Assembly: GCA_026770705.1 (NCBI GenBank) | Contig: JANJGN010000011.1 | Span: 36,270,001-36,334,000, forward strand | Length of the DNA: 64,000 nt | DNA from: Isurus oxyrinchus | Lineage: Eukaryota | Direction: 5' to 3' | Part shown: one piece after another, positions 1-12,731 of the stretch | Layout: every line of letters begins with the position of its first letter | Position numbering within the stretch: position 1 is the stretch's first letter | Translations under genes and position numbers: made by a program | Notes under the pieces: model-generated | What the model was told of the DNA's origin: nothing | The model's database searches: none | The model's input: the letters and a program-made list of their open reading frames with translations, nothing else

Positions 1-540
1 CATGAGCTGAATTCCACGACCATGTTTAGATGAACTAATGAGCACTAGTAAAACGAAAATCAATATAGATCGGAGCAAAAGTCTCCAGTGACTACAGTCA
101 TATTTGTTGCAAAGGATAGAGGTTGTTGGAGACCAATCATCTCTCCTGCAGTCCCCCAAAACCTCACATAGCATCCCAGGTGAAAATATCTTCAATTGGC
201 TCAACAATAGTCCATTATAAAGTCAAAAGTGAGGCTATTTATTGATGTTGACAGTGTTCAGCTCAATTCATAATTTATCTGATAATGAAGCAAGACCTGG
301 ATAACATCAAGACTTGGGCTGATAAGTGGCAATTAATATTTGTGCCACACGTGTGCCAGGAAATGACCATCTCTAACAAGAGAGAGCCTAACTAACTTTC
401 CTTGACAGCCACAGCATTAAAATCACTGAGTCCCTCACCACCAACATCCCGAGGTTCATCATTGACTGAAACTGAACTAGCTACGTAAATGCCAAAGCTG
501 TTGCTGCTTGCTAGAATATTTCAGAGGCTGGGTATGCTGT
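1..540 (+). mobile_element. Degenerate fragment of family A LINE (CR1/L2 group), RT region
   Basis: Diverged match to the copies at 886-1759 and 58642-59731, e.g. gcaagacctggataacatcaagacttgggctgataagtggc (QDLDNIKTWADKW) and aatgaccatctctaacaagagaga. Confidence 0.75.
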
Positions 541-885
541 ATTTACACTGTTTTCCATTTGCCAGACATGATAAACAAAGAAAAAACTTCAAAATATTCT
601 AAGTTGGACTGCATGTTGTATGATAAACAAGGTCCAAGTTCTCAACCTATCGTTGCATGTTCCCTAATAGAATTTTGACATTAGCTTCAATGATACTGAT
701 TTCTGTGTTTGGTGTAGGTATTCTCAAATATCAACTTTTTCCTTATTTGTGCAACAAGAAATGATATTCTCCTCAGACATTCCAGTGTCCAATAAACTGC
801 TTCTGTTGTCACTTCATTGACAGTATGGTTACATGGGAATTCAAAGTTACTTCTAGTTGATAATCCACTAAGCAAAACTTTCTAA

Positions 886-1759
886 CTGCTTCATCATAAG
901 GTCAGAAAGTAGGAATGTTCACTGATGATTGCATAATATTTGGCACTATTTGCGATTCCTCAGATACTGAAGCAATCTTTGTCCATGTAGGCAAGACCTG
1001 GACAATATCCTTGGCCTGACAAGTAACATTTGCGCCACACAAGTGCAATGACCATCTCCAACAAGAGAGAATCCAAGCATCGCCCCATGACATTTAATGG
1101 CTTTACCACCGTTGAATCCCCCTTTATCAACTTCCTGGGGGTTACCATTGACCAGAAACTGAACTGGACTAGCCATATAATTACTGTGACTACTTAGCAG
1201 TTCGGAGGCTAGGAATCTTGTGGCGGGTAACTCGCCTCCTGATACCCCAAAGCCTGTCCACCATCTAATAGGCGCAAGTCAGGAGTGTGAAGGAATACTC
1301 TCCACTTGCCGGGATGAGTGCAGCTCTAACACATCCAGGACAAAACAGCCTGCTTGATTGGCACCCCATCCATAAACATTCATTCCCTCCACCACCGATG
1401 CACAGTGGCAGCAGGATGTACCATCTACAAGATGCACTTTCCAAGCCCAGGACAGCCACCATCTAGAAGGATAAGGGCAGCAGACACATGGGTACGCCAC
1501 CACCTAGAAGTTCCCCACCATGCCACTCACCACTCTGACTGGGAAATATATCGCTGTTCCTTCACTGTCACTGGGTCAAAATCCTGGAACTCCCTCCCTG
1601 ATAGCACTGTGGGTGTACCTACACCACATGGACTCCAGTGCTTTAAGAAGGCAGCTCACCACCACCTTCTCAAGGGCAATTAAGTGTGGACAATTAAGGA
1701 TGGGCAATAAGTGCTGATCTAGCCAGCGACGCCCCCAACCCATGAATGAATAAAAAAAT
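886..1759 (+). mobile_element. 5'-truncated family A LINE (RT C-terminus and 3' tail)
   Basis: MFTDDC motif at about 916, ORF 1354-1683 ending KKAAHHHLLKGN*, and 3' tail gatgggcaataa...gaatgaataaaaaaa. Frameshifted. Confidence 0.85.
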
Positions 1760-1884
1760 ACTTGAACTAGCTGGGATTCAATCCCTTTGATAGAATACTG
1801 AGTATTTTCATTTCACCTTGTGCACATTGAAAAAAGGTATCTGAGTGCACAATAGAATCATCTTCATTTAAATTCTTTCTTGTG

Positions 1885-2950
1885 ATGTTGGTATTTCTGG
1901 TAAGGCCAGCATTTATTAACCATCCCTTACCCTAATTTGATGGGTGGACCTTGTTCTTGAGCTGCTGCAGTATGTATGGTGAAGGTGTTTCAACAGTAGT
2001 GTTAGGTAAGGAATTTGAGGATTTTGACCTAACAATGATGAAGGAATGTCTAAATCAGGATGGTGTGTGACTTATTCCTTCTAGATGATGGACATTATGG
2101 GTTTGGGAGGAGCTATTAAAGCTTTGGTGACTTTCTGCTGTGCATCTTGTAGATAGACACTACAGCTGCAGTGATGGAGTAGGTGGTTTGGGCAAATGGA
2201 TGAACTGCTGATTGTGGATTGTTTAGGCTTGAATACTGTTGAGTTTCTTAATTTGTTGTTGTGTCAACACTGATCCAGGCAAGTAGTAAGTATTCCATCA
2301 TATTTTTGACTTGTACCTTGCAGATGGAAAGACTTTGAGAAGTCAAGAAGTGAGCCATTTTGCCAAAGAATACCCAGTTTCTGACTTGCTTCAATAACTA
2401 TGATACTTATATAGCTGATCCAGCTGAGTTTCTGGTCATTGGTGATTGCCAGTTTGTTGTTAATAGGATAGAAGTCAATGGTAATGCCATTGAATATCAA
2501 GGGAAATTGTTTAGAGAAAAAAATAAGACTTGCATTTATATAGTGCATTTCATAATCACTGGATATCCCAAAGTGTTTTACAGCCAATGAATTACATTGA
2601 AGTGTAGTCACTTGTAATTTAGGAAACGTGGCATAATATGATATTGATTGGGATATAAATATTGGCCAGGACATCAGGGATAACGCCCCTGTCCATCTTT
2701 GAAAAGGACCGTGGGATCTTTTATATTCACCTGGCAGGACAGAGAGGGCCAGCCAATTCATCCAAAAGATGGCACTTCCACCAGCTTTGATTTTTGTACT
2801 GCAGTCCTGGAGTGGAATTGAAACCATAACCTTGTGTCTCAGAGGTGACAGTGTTACCATTGAACCACAGCTGACAACAGTCTTGCTTTTGTTGTAGATG
2901 CTCATTGCCTGACACTTATATTCATTGCCACTTACTAGTGTTACGGACAT
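1885..2950 (-). mobile_element. Degenerate family A LINE 3' fragment, interrupted by a SINE
   Basis: Reverse complement matches the family A tail and RT C-terminus (ORF 2264-2980 contains KCQAMSIYNK and DQKLSWISYI). Confidence 0.7.
2517..2876 (-). mobile_element. tRNA-derived SINE of Deu-domain (SacSINE1-like) type
   Basis: Minus strand begins tgtcagctgtggttcaatgg (A-box-like), has a B-box-like ggtttcaattcc, and ends tatataaatgcaagtctt. A second copy lies at 14717-15155. The family name is from recall. Confidence 0.75.
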
Positions 2951-3088
2951 AATTTGTGTTTTCTTACTGTCCATGATCAAGGTATTTTGTATTTGAGGTG
3001 TGTATCACCCTCCAAGTGGTTGTCCCAATTTAAATCATTCTGGTGGCAAGCTTTTTTTGTGAACTTTAAAATAAGGAAGTTCTATATT

Positions 3089-3420
3089 TGGCAGAATTGT
3101 TCCAGATTTGCACGAAGTGCAGCATTGGTAGGTAAAATGACATTTGACCCGCCAGCTGCAATGGTAGGTTTTCACGCCATATCGTAACAAACCCTCCGCA
3201 TTACTTATGCATTCCTGAGAAACATGCCATTTCCATGGCGGGCAGGCGCTCATTCACCCGCCATGCCATCACCTCGCCGCTTCATCACGTTGGGCGCCAT
3301 ATTTAAAGTCCAGCCGCGCTTGCACATCTCAGTGCTTCCAGCCCATGACTACTGCAGGAAAGATGTCCATAAGGACAAAAAGATTGCAGCCCCCAGGGTT
3401 TGTGATGCGTCACTGTAACA
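3089..3420 (+). mobile_element. Harbinger end fragment with the start of a Myb/SANT-like gene
   Basis: Begins ggcagaatt (resembles the TIRs of other Harbingers here). ORF 3224-3418 ends KKIAAPRVCDASL, like the APRF-x-D start of the Myb-like gene at about 17727. Confidence 0.5.
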
Positions 3421-4341
3421 GCACCTGGCTCCAAGGTTGATGAAGGTTTGAATGACCCTATTCCTCTCCCTAAAAGAAACCAATCATAGTTGCAATGGCA
3501 AATTCCAGCACCATTGTTTGTGATGCATGCCTCAGTTGCATTACAATTCCTTGATTCTATTATATTGATGGCATGTTCATTGTGCCATTGTATCAGGTAA
3601 TCAATCTCTTAATTGCATTAGTCAATGGCAGGTAATGGCATTTCCCTGGCACCATTGTTCCATGATAGTAATCAGTCAGTGTCCAAATCCTTTTGAAGGG
3701 CCACTGTCTTTTATTAAATGACTGAATTGCTGCACAGCCCTGTGCTGTTAGCTGCAGTTTGTTTCTGTATTGTATAGTACAAACATGAGGTCAAAATATA
3801 TCCGTGGGTTTATACTCCATAAATTTCCCAGCTGGAGGGGATTCCGATCATACAGTGAAGGAGAAAACAATACCATTACAATTTGGGATTGTTTCAGTCT
3901 CTTTCGTAGCAGGCCCATATGTCACGTTGATGCTTTTGATTGGAATGAAAGTCCTGAAAAGCAGAGGATTCTTAGTAAGCTGCAAGACTTCTTGTGGTTG
4001 AATTGCCAGGAGGTTGGTTCTCAGCTGAACTGGAAGTTGGAACAGGTTAGGGGAAATCCTTCTCTCACTTTCAAGGTAATGATGTTTATTACCTTGGCTG
4101 CTGAGTTGACTGCAGCCTGTTTGATGGCTTTATGCTGTTCCCTTTATCTTTGCAGAGCTGATTCTTGCCTGTTTCAAAAACAGGCAACAAACATGGTTGT
4201 CTCACCTATGTGACCTGTTACAAGTCGAAAGTCCTTTTCAAAAACAGTGGTGTATTAGGCCAGTAAACATCCTGTGTGTGGCTTTTCACACTTTAAGAGT
4301 TTGAGACAGCCGAGGTCTTGGTGTTTGGATGAGGGACCATC

Positions 4342-5264
4342 TGTTATGGCACAGCGGATGGTAAATGCTGCACTGTTAAAATCCCAGAGGGAAGCTTGTA
4401 ACACTGCCGCTCCTATTTTACAATTTGTATTTATTTCGAGATATATGTCTTGAATTCAGTATTAATAAGACCACTGAGTCTTATAGGTTTCTTACAAAAC
4501 TAAATTAAAACTTTATTAATAAAAAAATGATTTTAAACACATAGGTTTACAAATGACTACTTTGATAACTTCTAACTCCCCTAGTTAATCTAACTCCCAG
4601 TTTCACCTCCATTAAGGCAACAGTAAGATACATAGATTTAAACAGACCCAGGCAAAGCACACACCGTGGACATTCAAATTCAAGATGAATTTTTCTCTGC
4701 TTCGGTGCCTTGTAGATAGCAACTTGAGGCTTAGATGCTGGAGGCTTTTCACGCTTGTGTTAGATCTTAAAATTCCTTCTTCCTTTATACATAACCTCAT
4801 CTTTACACAGATTTTTCCCTTTTCAATGTAAATCCCATTGTTTCAATATGTCTTTTCAACTCTACTTTTCTAATAATAAAAATCTTTCATAGATCAAATT
4901 TTATCAGTAAGCTTTGGGAAAAATAAACACTCTTTGGCTTAACCTCTCTTGGCTGGATGTAACACCTTACCACCCCTTTGAAATTCACTACTCTAATTTA
5001 TCTAAAAATGCAAATATTCCCTTTATACCTCACATTCTGAAACTCCAGCCATGTTTACCTATTTAACGTTTCAAGCCTAGCTTCTCTTGATACATCAAAA
5101 ACTTCAGATCATCTGTCACAAATTCAATTAAGTCTCTCACACACACGCACCCATAGACACACACACACACACACACACACACACCCATAGACACAGACTC
5201 CTATATTACTCTACTCTACAATAAATTCCAATAACATTATGAAAATCATTGTATCTTCCTGACA
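4342..5264 (-). mobile_element. Solo LTR
   Basis: TGT...ACA termini, flanks CCATC/CCATT (5-bp TSD, one mismatch), colinear homology to 53023-53905, AATAAA on the minus strand, internal (CA)n. Confidence 0.75.
5138..5195. repeat. Interrupted (CA)n microsatellite within the LTR
   Basis: Seen directly. Confidence 0.9.
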
Positions 5265-6845
5265 CCATTGCAATACATTGAAAGAGAGAGATGGGATCCA
5301 TTTCACATCTGTTAAACACCCATTGAGTTTTGCTGTCCCTGGTGAAACATGGAGGCAAGTTATCTGCAAGCTCCACTGTCTGTAGATTTTGGCCCATATT
5401 AAATCAGATATTGGCCGCAGACTGTTTACAGTTCAAATGCCAAAAGTCACATGGTTTGCTGCAGCCATCCTGACAACTTGTGTTCACTTTTGAAAATGTA
5501 ACTTTAAAATTTGTGATATTCCTGTACTGGGTATGACACCAGCTTGAGCCTGAATGTTGTCTCAGTCTTGTGTTTTTAAGTAGTATTTTGGAATGAGATT
5601 TTCATTTTCACCATTCGGGCAGTATCCAGTGGATGCATCACATGCCATTGATTAAACTTGCCTTATGTTCATTCTTTAAAATCAATGGAATAAAAATTGG
5701 GTGTGTTTTATAAAGGGTAGGCAATTGCTGGATACCCATGTATTTTGGGGGGTTTTGACAACTGTAATAAGAAGCAGGATGTCTTAAAGTAAATTCTTTA
5801 GATGATCTTGTGACTTGCAATATAGGAAGTCAAGGCCAAGTATTTGATTGAAATGAGGTTAAAGATTGGAGGAATCATTAAGCCAGGGCATACAGCTATA
5901 ATTCAGTACCCATTTTAATGTCATATATTTTCTCCATACTTTTAGATTTTCACTGGAAATTCTTATCTCCATACATTTAGTGGAGGCTACTTATGTAAAC
6001 TTGGCATACTGTAAATACACCCTCATGATTTGCCACACCCCATTTGGTGAGCAACATCTGCTTATCCTTATGTTCTCTTCTACGCCTAACCACTATCTCA
6101 ATATGGATTTCTATAGGGACCACTAGCAATGAGTATGGCACACATCTATGGTTCCAATTGTGCAGTTATGTGGATTGCAGCCATTCTAATGATAAATCGG
6201 ATTATAATACTATACTTGCTTACCAAACTTTATTGCCTCTTGTCCTCAGCATTAAAATGAGGATTTCCTTTAGCGTAGCTTTTAGGAGTTTTCGATTACT
6301 GGGACCTAGCATTTGGTGGTAGAGGGTAATAACCATGTAATGCTAATGGAAGCTGTATACACATAATTAACTGAGAAAAGGAAATACGGTTCAGTCAAAG
6401 CATCAGCCATTTGGTCATAAGTTTCCTGGTGTGAGTGTGCAGGTGGGAATTAGTAATAAATTTTAAAAAATAAAAACATCTCTGTAGGCCCCCCCTCCCC
6501 ACACACACACACACAGACACTTTGTTAATATAAGCAGTATCTATTGCTGCCTAGACTGAAGACAGTGTGATGAATTGCCACAATCAGCCTGTCTATGTTT
6601 TGTTTATCCCTCAGGGAAATTTAGTTTTTTTAATTATTGATTTTAAAGTTATTTTCTCCTATGTTCTCCTTGGCTATGAGGCCAGGACTTACTACCAAGC
6701 CTCTTTCAATTCCAACTTGTAACCAGCTGCCAACAGAGGTGCAAAAATAGCTCAGGCTGACTTGCCCTCCAATTTTCTATTCCTCCTGTAAAGAAAAACC
6801 TGGTCTCCACTTAAAGACTGTGTTCCAGTTACTCAGCAGAGGTTT

Positions 6846-6944
6846 AAAAACTGAAAATGCTGGAAAAACTTAGCAGTCTTGGCACCATCTGTGGAGAAAC
6901 AGAGTCAATGTTTTGAGTCCTTATGACTCCTTTTCAGAGCTCTG
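6846..6944 (-). mobile_element. Penelope-like element terminal (pseudo-LTR) fragment with degenerate hammerhead
   Basis: aaaatgctggaaaaacttagcag...catctgtggagaaacagagtcaatgttttgagtcc is homologous to 12160-12279 and 63432-63540. Confidence 0.65.
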
Positions 6945-7062
6945 TAGTTAAGTACATAATGTATATTGAACAAACTAGAAAAATAAATATTTACTCTTTA
7001 CAACAATTACATTTAATGTAATTACATTTAACTACATCCTACCTGCATCCAGTCTGCCTAGC

Positions 7063-8477
7063 CCTGTTAGGATTTTATGCATTTCAATCAGATTCCCCCC
7101 TCATTCTTCTAAGCTCTAGTGAATGCAGGACCAGTCGAACCAATCTCTCCTTATACGATAGTCCTGCCAGCCCCGGTATCAGCCTAGTGAACCTTTGCTG
7201 CACTCCCTCTATGGCAAATATATCCTTTCTTAGGTAGGGAGACCAAAGCTGTATGCAGTACTCCAGGTGTGGTCTCACCAAGGCCCTGTATAACTGCAGT
7301 AAGACATCCCTATTTCTGAACTCAAATCCTCTTGCAATGAAGGCCAACATACAATTTGCCTTCCTAATTGCTTGCTGCACCTGCCTGTTTACTTTCATTG
7401 ACTGGTGTACAAGGACATCCAGATCCCTTTGTGCATCCACATTTTCCAATATATCACCATTTAAATAATACTCTGCCTTTCTGTTTTGCACACTGAAGCG
7501 TATAACTTCACATTTATCCACATTATACTGCATCTGCCTTGTGTTTGCCCACACACACAACTTGTCTAAATCACCCTGAAGCCTCCTTGCAACCTCCTCA
7601 CAACTCGCAACCCTGCCCAGTTTTGTATCGTGAGCAAACTTAGAAATATTGCATTTGGTTCCTTCATCCAAGTCATTTATATATATCATGAATAGCTGGG
7701 GCCCAAGCACTGATCCCTGCGGTACACCACTAGTCACCGCCTGCCACCTGGAAAAAGACCCATTTATTCCCACTCTCTGTTTCCGGTCTGTCAACCAATT
7801 CTGAATCCATGCCAGTATATTACCCCTGAGCCCATGTGCTTTAATTTTGCCCATTAGCCTCTTATGAGGGACCTTATAAAAAGCCTTCTTGAGATCCAAA
7901 TACACCATATCCACTGGTTCTCCCTTATCTATTCTACTAGTTACATCCTCAAAAAACTCCTGTAGATTAGTTAAGCATGATTTCCCTTTCATAAGCCCAT
8001 GCTGACTTTGTCTAATCCTGTTAATGTTTTTCAAGTGTTCTGTTACCACGTCCTTTAAAATAGACTCTAGCATGTTAGGCTAACTGCCCTGTAATTGTTT
8101 TCCCTCTCCTCCTTTTTTAAATAATGGGGTTACATTTTCCACCCTCCAATCTGTGGGAACTGCTCCAGAGTCTGTAGAATTTTGGAAGATGACCATCAAT
8201 ACACCCAATATTTCCAGGGCCACTTCCTTTAGTACTCTGGGATGTAGATTATCAGGGTCTGGGGACTTTTCAGCCTTTTAACCCCAATAATTTCTCTAGC
8301 ACCATTTTTTTTTAGTAATATTGATTTTCTTCAAGTCCTCCCTCTCACTAGACCCTTGGTTCCCTAAAATTTCTGGGAAATTATTTGTGTCCTCTTTTGT
8401 GAAGATAGAACCAAAATATGTGTTTCTCTGCCATTTCTTTGTTCCCCATTATAATTTCCCCCATTTCTGACTGTAAG
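7063..8477 (-). mobile_element. CR1 LINE fragment (ORF2)
   Basis: Contains RT ORF 7084-8073; degenerate upstream ORF2 continues to about 8477. Confidence 0.9.
7084..8073 (-). pseudogene. CR1 ORF2 reverse transcriptase fragment, 329 aa, catalytic motif mutated
   Basis: Motifs QHGLMKGKSCLTNL, VYLDLKKAFYKVPH, GVPQGSVLGPQLF, LVRPHLEYC. The expected FADD reads FAHD. Confidence 0.9.
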
Positions 8478-10679
8478 ATCAGAGTTAATGCAGGAGACTG
8501 GTGGAACCCCCACAGAATTTTGACCCAGTTGTCTTTCACAAATTAGGATAGAGACCCCTGGGAAACTCAGTATCTTCACAAAGAGCATTATTAGGAAACT
8601 AAATTCTTTACTATGTGTGAAACTGTATAAGTATTTGAAAAGGGCAATTATAGAATAAAGAGAAAGGGAAATCAAGTTATAATAGGTAGTTTGTCTTGAA
8701 GTTACGGCAGCCTAGCAAGAAATCCCTTATGGAAACTGATCCACTATATTTCTATTGCTGAGATCACCACACAAGAATTTTTTTAAAAAGCACTCTGCCA
8801 AATCCAAAAACCTGCCAGATTTTGTGTTGGGAAAACTACATTTGAACAGAAAGCAGCAATCTAAAATTTACTTATAATACTGCAATAATTAGCAAAATAT
8901 CTTTTCAATAACTTTTTTTTGTAACTTAAGATGTAGAATATTGCAAAACACCCATACTGTGCATTTTCTGTGCATGTTCATATTTAAATTGACATTTTAA
9001 TTGAACAATAAATGTCATTGCCACATCCTGAGAATGAACTAAAATACTCAGTTCTCCTAAAACAGAATTCCCTGATAACGCTCTTAATAAAATCTGTTCT
9101 CTGCTGCCTTACTTCTCAAACTGTGGGATACCATTTAGTAAAATATAATTCAGCAAAATACATTAACATAAAATATACTATAAAAATATAAATTCACTCT
9201 CTACAACAATTCCTGTTTAAAATTTTAGTTGGATATTACCAACTCCCTTTATTTGGTTTCAACAGAATCCGAATTTACTGAATATTGCTTCCATATTTCT
9301 GCAAGTTCAAAATCCCAATGGATTTGTGATTCTTTTATGTGATTACAAACAATTTGCTTCTGTAATGATGCAAGATATCTGAACATTGCTAATTGAAGAA
9401 ACATTGCCTGCTCAGTTTTCCACCTCTATACACAGCAAAAAGGCTACTTAGAAACATGGTGTGATTCTTGAGATACTTGTTTATAAAAAATAATTGAAGT
9501 TTAGAACCATGTGAATAGGCTGCAACACCCTCTTGGGTAGGCTTTATTCAATATATTTTATGAGCAGTGTTATAAGCCTGTATATTTTTAGCACATGTCT
9601 GCAATGATTTAGCAAAATTGGTCAATAGATTTTCAATCTACCTTGTGCTGCCTACAGGAATCCAATTGTTTGCTCCCATGGGAGTTGGGGGGGGGGGGGA
9701 CAAAATTCATTATTGGGCACAAGGACTGCTCTCCTGTTGTGCACTCAAAGATGAATTCAACCACACTGCCTTCCAGAGCCTAAACCCTCAGGACACTAAT
9801 ATCTAGGCCAATTCACTTGTCCCTGTTAAAGGGCTCTGCTGCTGAATACTCAATGTGGCATTGCTCAGCTTGTGGCGAAGCTGCTCGTCAATATAGCTGA
9901 TGCAACAATAACCTATTACAGTGCATTGCTCTCACTTAGCACCATTTTGGTCTACAAGAATCAATCCTGATTACTCGGTGTGAGGCAATTGCTTGGATAT
10001 TACAGTCAGTAACTAACAAATGACATTTGCTGATCATTAAGTTTAGAGATTCCCACAGACTTTTAATGGGTTTTTGTGTGGCACTTTAGCTTTTAGAAAT
10101 CCATACCGCACAGTGCCGTACCCTGCAGGAGATCTGGGACGTGTGTGAACAGGGTAAGCAACAGCATGTCCCTTCAACCAAGCAGATTGAAGAATCCTTA
10201 CTAAGTCATGCACATCGCAAAATTCTGAACCATAGCATCCATTTTTTTTGGCACTACTGCCCTTAAGAGTTCAAAATGGTGATTGCAGCATGCACTCTCA
10301 CACAAGGTGTGAGTTGTGATGGACAGAGTCTTGGGAAGGGCATTAATGCGCATGCAGTGAGTAGCCACTAGAAAAATGCAGAGTAAAGGTAGATCATGAT
10401 ATGTTATGCTTATTTGTTGCCACTGGTGCCATTTTGGAGCCCACCACCCTAGTTGATGTTGTAATTTCTTCACGCAGGGCTGAACATGTGTTGTTTGATT
10501 TCTGCTATCTGTTGTATTAATTGTACAAGTGTTAGGCACTTTGAGGAGTTCTTTAAAGATGTTGACGTTTACTGAGGTGTGTGGCCGTTGCTGAAGGACT
10601 TTGTTCTAACTTCAAGGCCTTTGCACAAACAAGTTGATCCCAGACATGAATGCACTAGGAAGCAATTTCCTTGGAATAC

Positions 10680-11435
10680 AAGACCTGGAGAATGAGTAGA
10701 AGTCTCATAGAGTGCAGCAAGCTGCTGAAAGAGTCAGGAGAAAGAGTGGGAAAAAGTTCTCAACTGGGAGCCAGATTCGCCCAGGGTATGCATCAAGCAA
10801 TTCACCTATCTGAACCTCAAGAAGGAATGACATATGAGAAGTCTGCACTTCAGTAAGGAGGTCCTCACTGAAATCTGCAACCTGTTGTAGCCTCAACTGC
10901 AGCCTCTGAGCAGGGTTGGACTTCACTGTCAATGTCAATCTAGCAAACAACTTTTATGCATCAGGCTTCTTCCAAGTTGGATCTGAAGTTATTTGCAGCA
11001 TGTTGGAGTTTATCATCCATTCTCCTTAAGGAAGGTGTATAGGTGTATTCAAAGAGTGCTGACTGCATTTGATTCTCTGACAGGGGGAGCATGCACATGG
11101 CTTTGCAAGGATTGCAGGATCCCCCATGTTGCAGGGTGCCATTGACTGCATGCACTTCACTTTGTGGGTGCTGCATGTCAACTCTGAGAAATACCCTAAC
11201 TGAAAGGAATTCCATTCCCTCAACATCCAGCTGGTATGTGGCCATACTTAGAGGATCATACAAGTCAATGCCTGGTATTTTAATAACAGTCACTCTTTTT
11301 TTTGGCAGTACACTGTGAAATCTGCAGTTGAGACACCATGACAAACCCAAAGTGGGGTACTGGGCTATAAGGGCTATTCATTGACCACCAGGCTCATGAC
11401 TTGGGTATGCAACCCACACACGTGGTCAACATGCA
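10680..11435 (+). pseudogene. PIF/Harbinger DDE transposase relic
   Basis: From about 11093 reads AHGFARIAGSPMLQGAIDCMH...FHSLNIQLVC, followed by a GYKGY-like motif; stops and frameshifts present. Confidence 0.8.
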
Positions 11436-11809
11436 GGAACGGTGGCATTATTGTAATGTTACTGGTCTAGTAATCCAGAGGCCAGGCTAATGCTCTGCGT
11501 ACCCCAATTCAAATCTCACCCCTGCAGCTGGTGGAATTTAAATTCAATTAATTAATAAATTGGGAATTATAAAGCTAGTCTCATGAATAGTGACCATTAA
11601 ACTATAATTATCGCAAAAAAACCATCTGATTCACTAATGTCCTTTAAGGAAGAAAATCTGCCTTCTTTACCTGGTCTGGCCTACATTTGACTCCAGATGC
11701 ACAATGTAATGGACCCTTAATCGCCCTCTGAAATGGCTTAGCAAGCCACTCAGTTGTATCAAACTGCTATAGAAAAGTCAGAAAGGAATAAAAATGCCAT
11801 TCACCAAGG

Positions 11810-12731
11810 GACACTTGCCTTTATCAATCGAGGCATAGATTACAAAAGTAGGGAGGTCATGTTGGAGTTGTATAGAACCTTGGTGAGGCCACAGCTGGAG
11901 TACTGTGTGCAGTTCTGGTCACCACATTATAGGAAAGATGTGATTGCACTGGAGGGGGTGCAGAGGAGATTCACCAGGATGTTGCCTGGGATGAAATATT
12001 TAAGTTATGAAAAGAGGTTGGATAGACTTGGGTTGTTTTTGGTTGGAGCAGAGAAGACTGAAGGAGTGACCTGATCAAGGTGTACAAGATCATGAGGGGC
12101 ATGGACAGGGTGGATAGGGATCAAAAATAAAAACAAAAAAACTGCGGATGCTGGAAATCCAAAACAAAAACAAAAACAGAATTACCTGGAAAAACTCAGC
12201 AGGTCTGGCAGCATCGGCGGAGAAGAAAAGAGTTGACGTTTTGAGTCCTCATGACCCTTCAACAGAACTTGAGTTCGAGACTCGAACTCAAGTTCTGTTG
12301 AAGGGTCATGAGGACTCAAAACGTCAACTCTTTTCTTCTCCGCCGATGCTGCCAGACCTGCTGAGTTTTTCCAGGTAATTCTGTTTTTGTTTTTGTTTTG
12401 AATAGGGAGCAGCTGTTCCCCTTAGTTGAAGGGTCAGTCACGAGGGGACACAAGTTTAAGGTGAGGGGCAGGAAGTTTAGGGGGGACATGAGGAAAAACG
12501 TTTTTACCCAGAGGGTGGTGATGGTCTGGAATGCACTGCCTGGGAGGGTGGTGGAGGCAGATTGCCTCACATCCTTTAAAAAGTACCTGGATGAGCACTT
12601 GGCACATCATAACATTGAAGGCTATGGTCCAAGTGTTGGTAAATGGGATTAGTCAGGTAGATCAGGTGTTTCTCACATGTTGGTACAGACTTGATGGGCT
12701 GAAGGGCCTCTTCTGCACTGTGACATTCTGT
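11810..12731 (+). mobile_element. 5'-truncated CR1 LINE (ORF2 C-terminus and 3' UTR), interrupted by a PLE
   Basis: LYRTLVRPQLEYCVQFWSPHYRKD, then after the PLE REQLFPLVEGSVTRGH...FTQRVVMVWNALP; 3' end gggctgaagggcctcttctgcactg. Confidence 0.9.
12121..12401. mobile_element. Penelope-like element insertion made of inverted pseudo-LTR arms (perfect palindrome)
   Basis: Arms 12160-12279 and 12281-12400 are exact reverse complements with a 1-nt spacer; 39-bp tail at 12121-12159; TSD ATAGGGA at 12114-12120 and 12402-12408. Confidence 0.9.

Noticed and set aside
2264-2980. 238-aa ORF
   Set aside because: A chance chimera of decayed LINE and SINE sequence.
7005-7031. Short AT-rich near-palindrome and tandem repeat (aattacatttaatgtaattacatttaa)
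   Set aside because: Too short and low in complexity to interpret.
7084-8073. 329-aa ORF as a functional or domesticated gene
   Set aside because: It is an internal CR1 RT fragment with catalytic FADD changed to FAHD and frameshifted flanks.
12148-12570. ORFs sharing the peptides KTKTELPGKTQQVWQHRRRRKELTF and LFSSPPMLPDLLSFSR with ORFs at 63319-63711
   Set aside because: These are translations of the repeated PLE pseudo-LTR, not paralogous genes.
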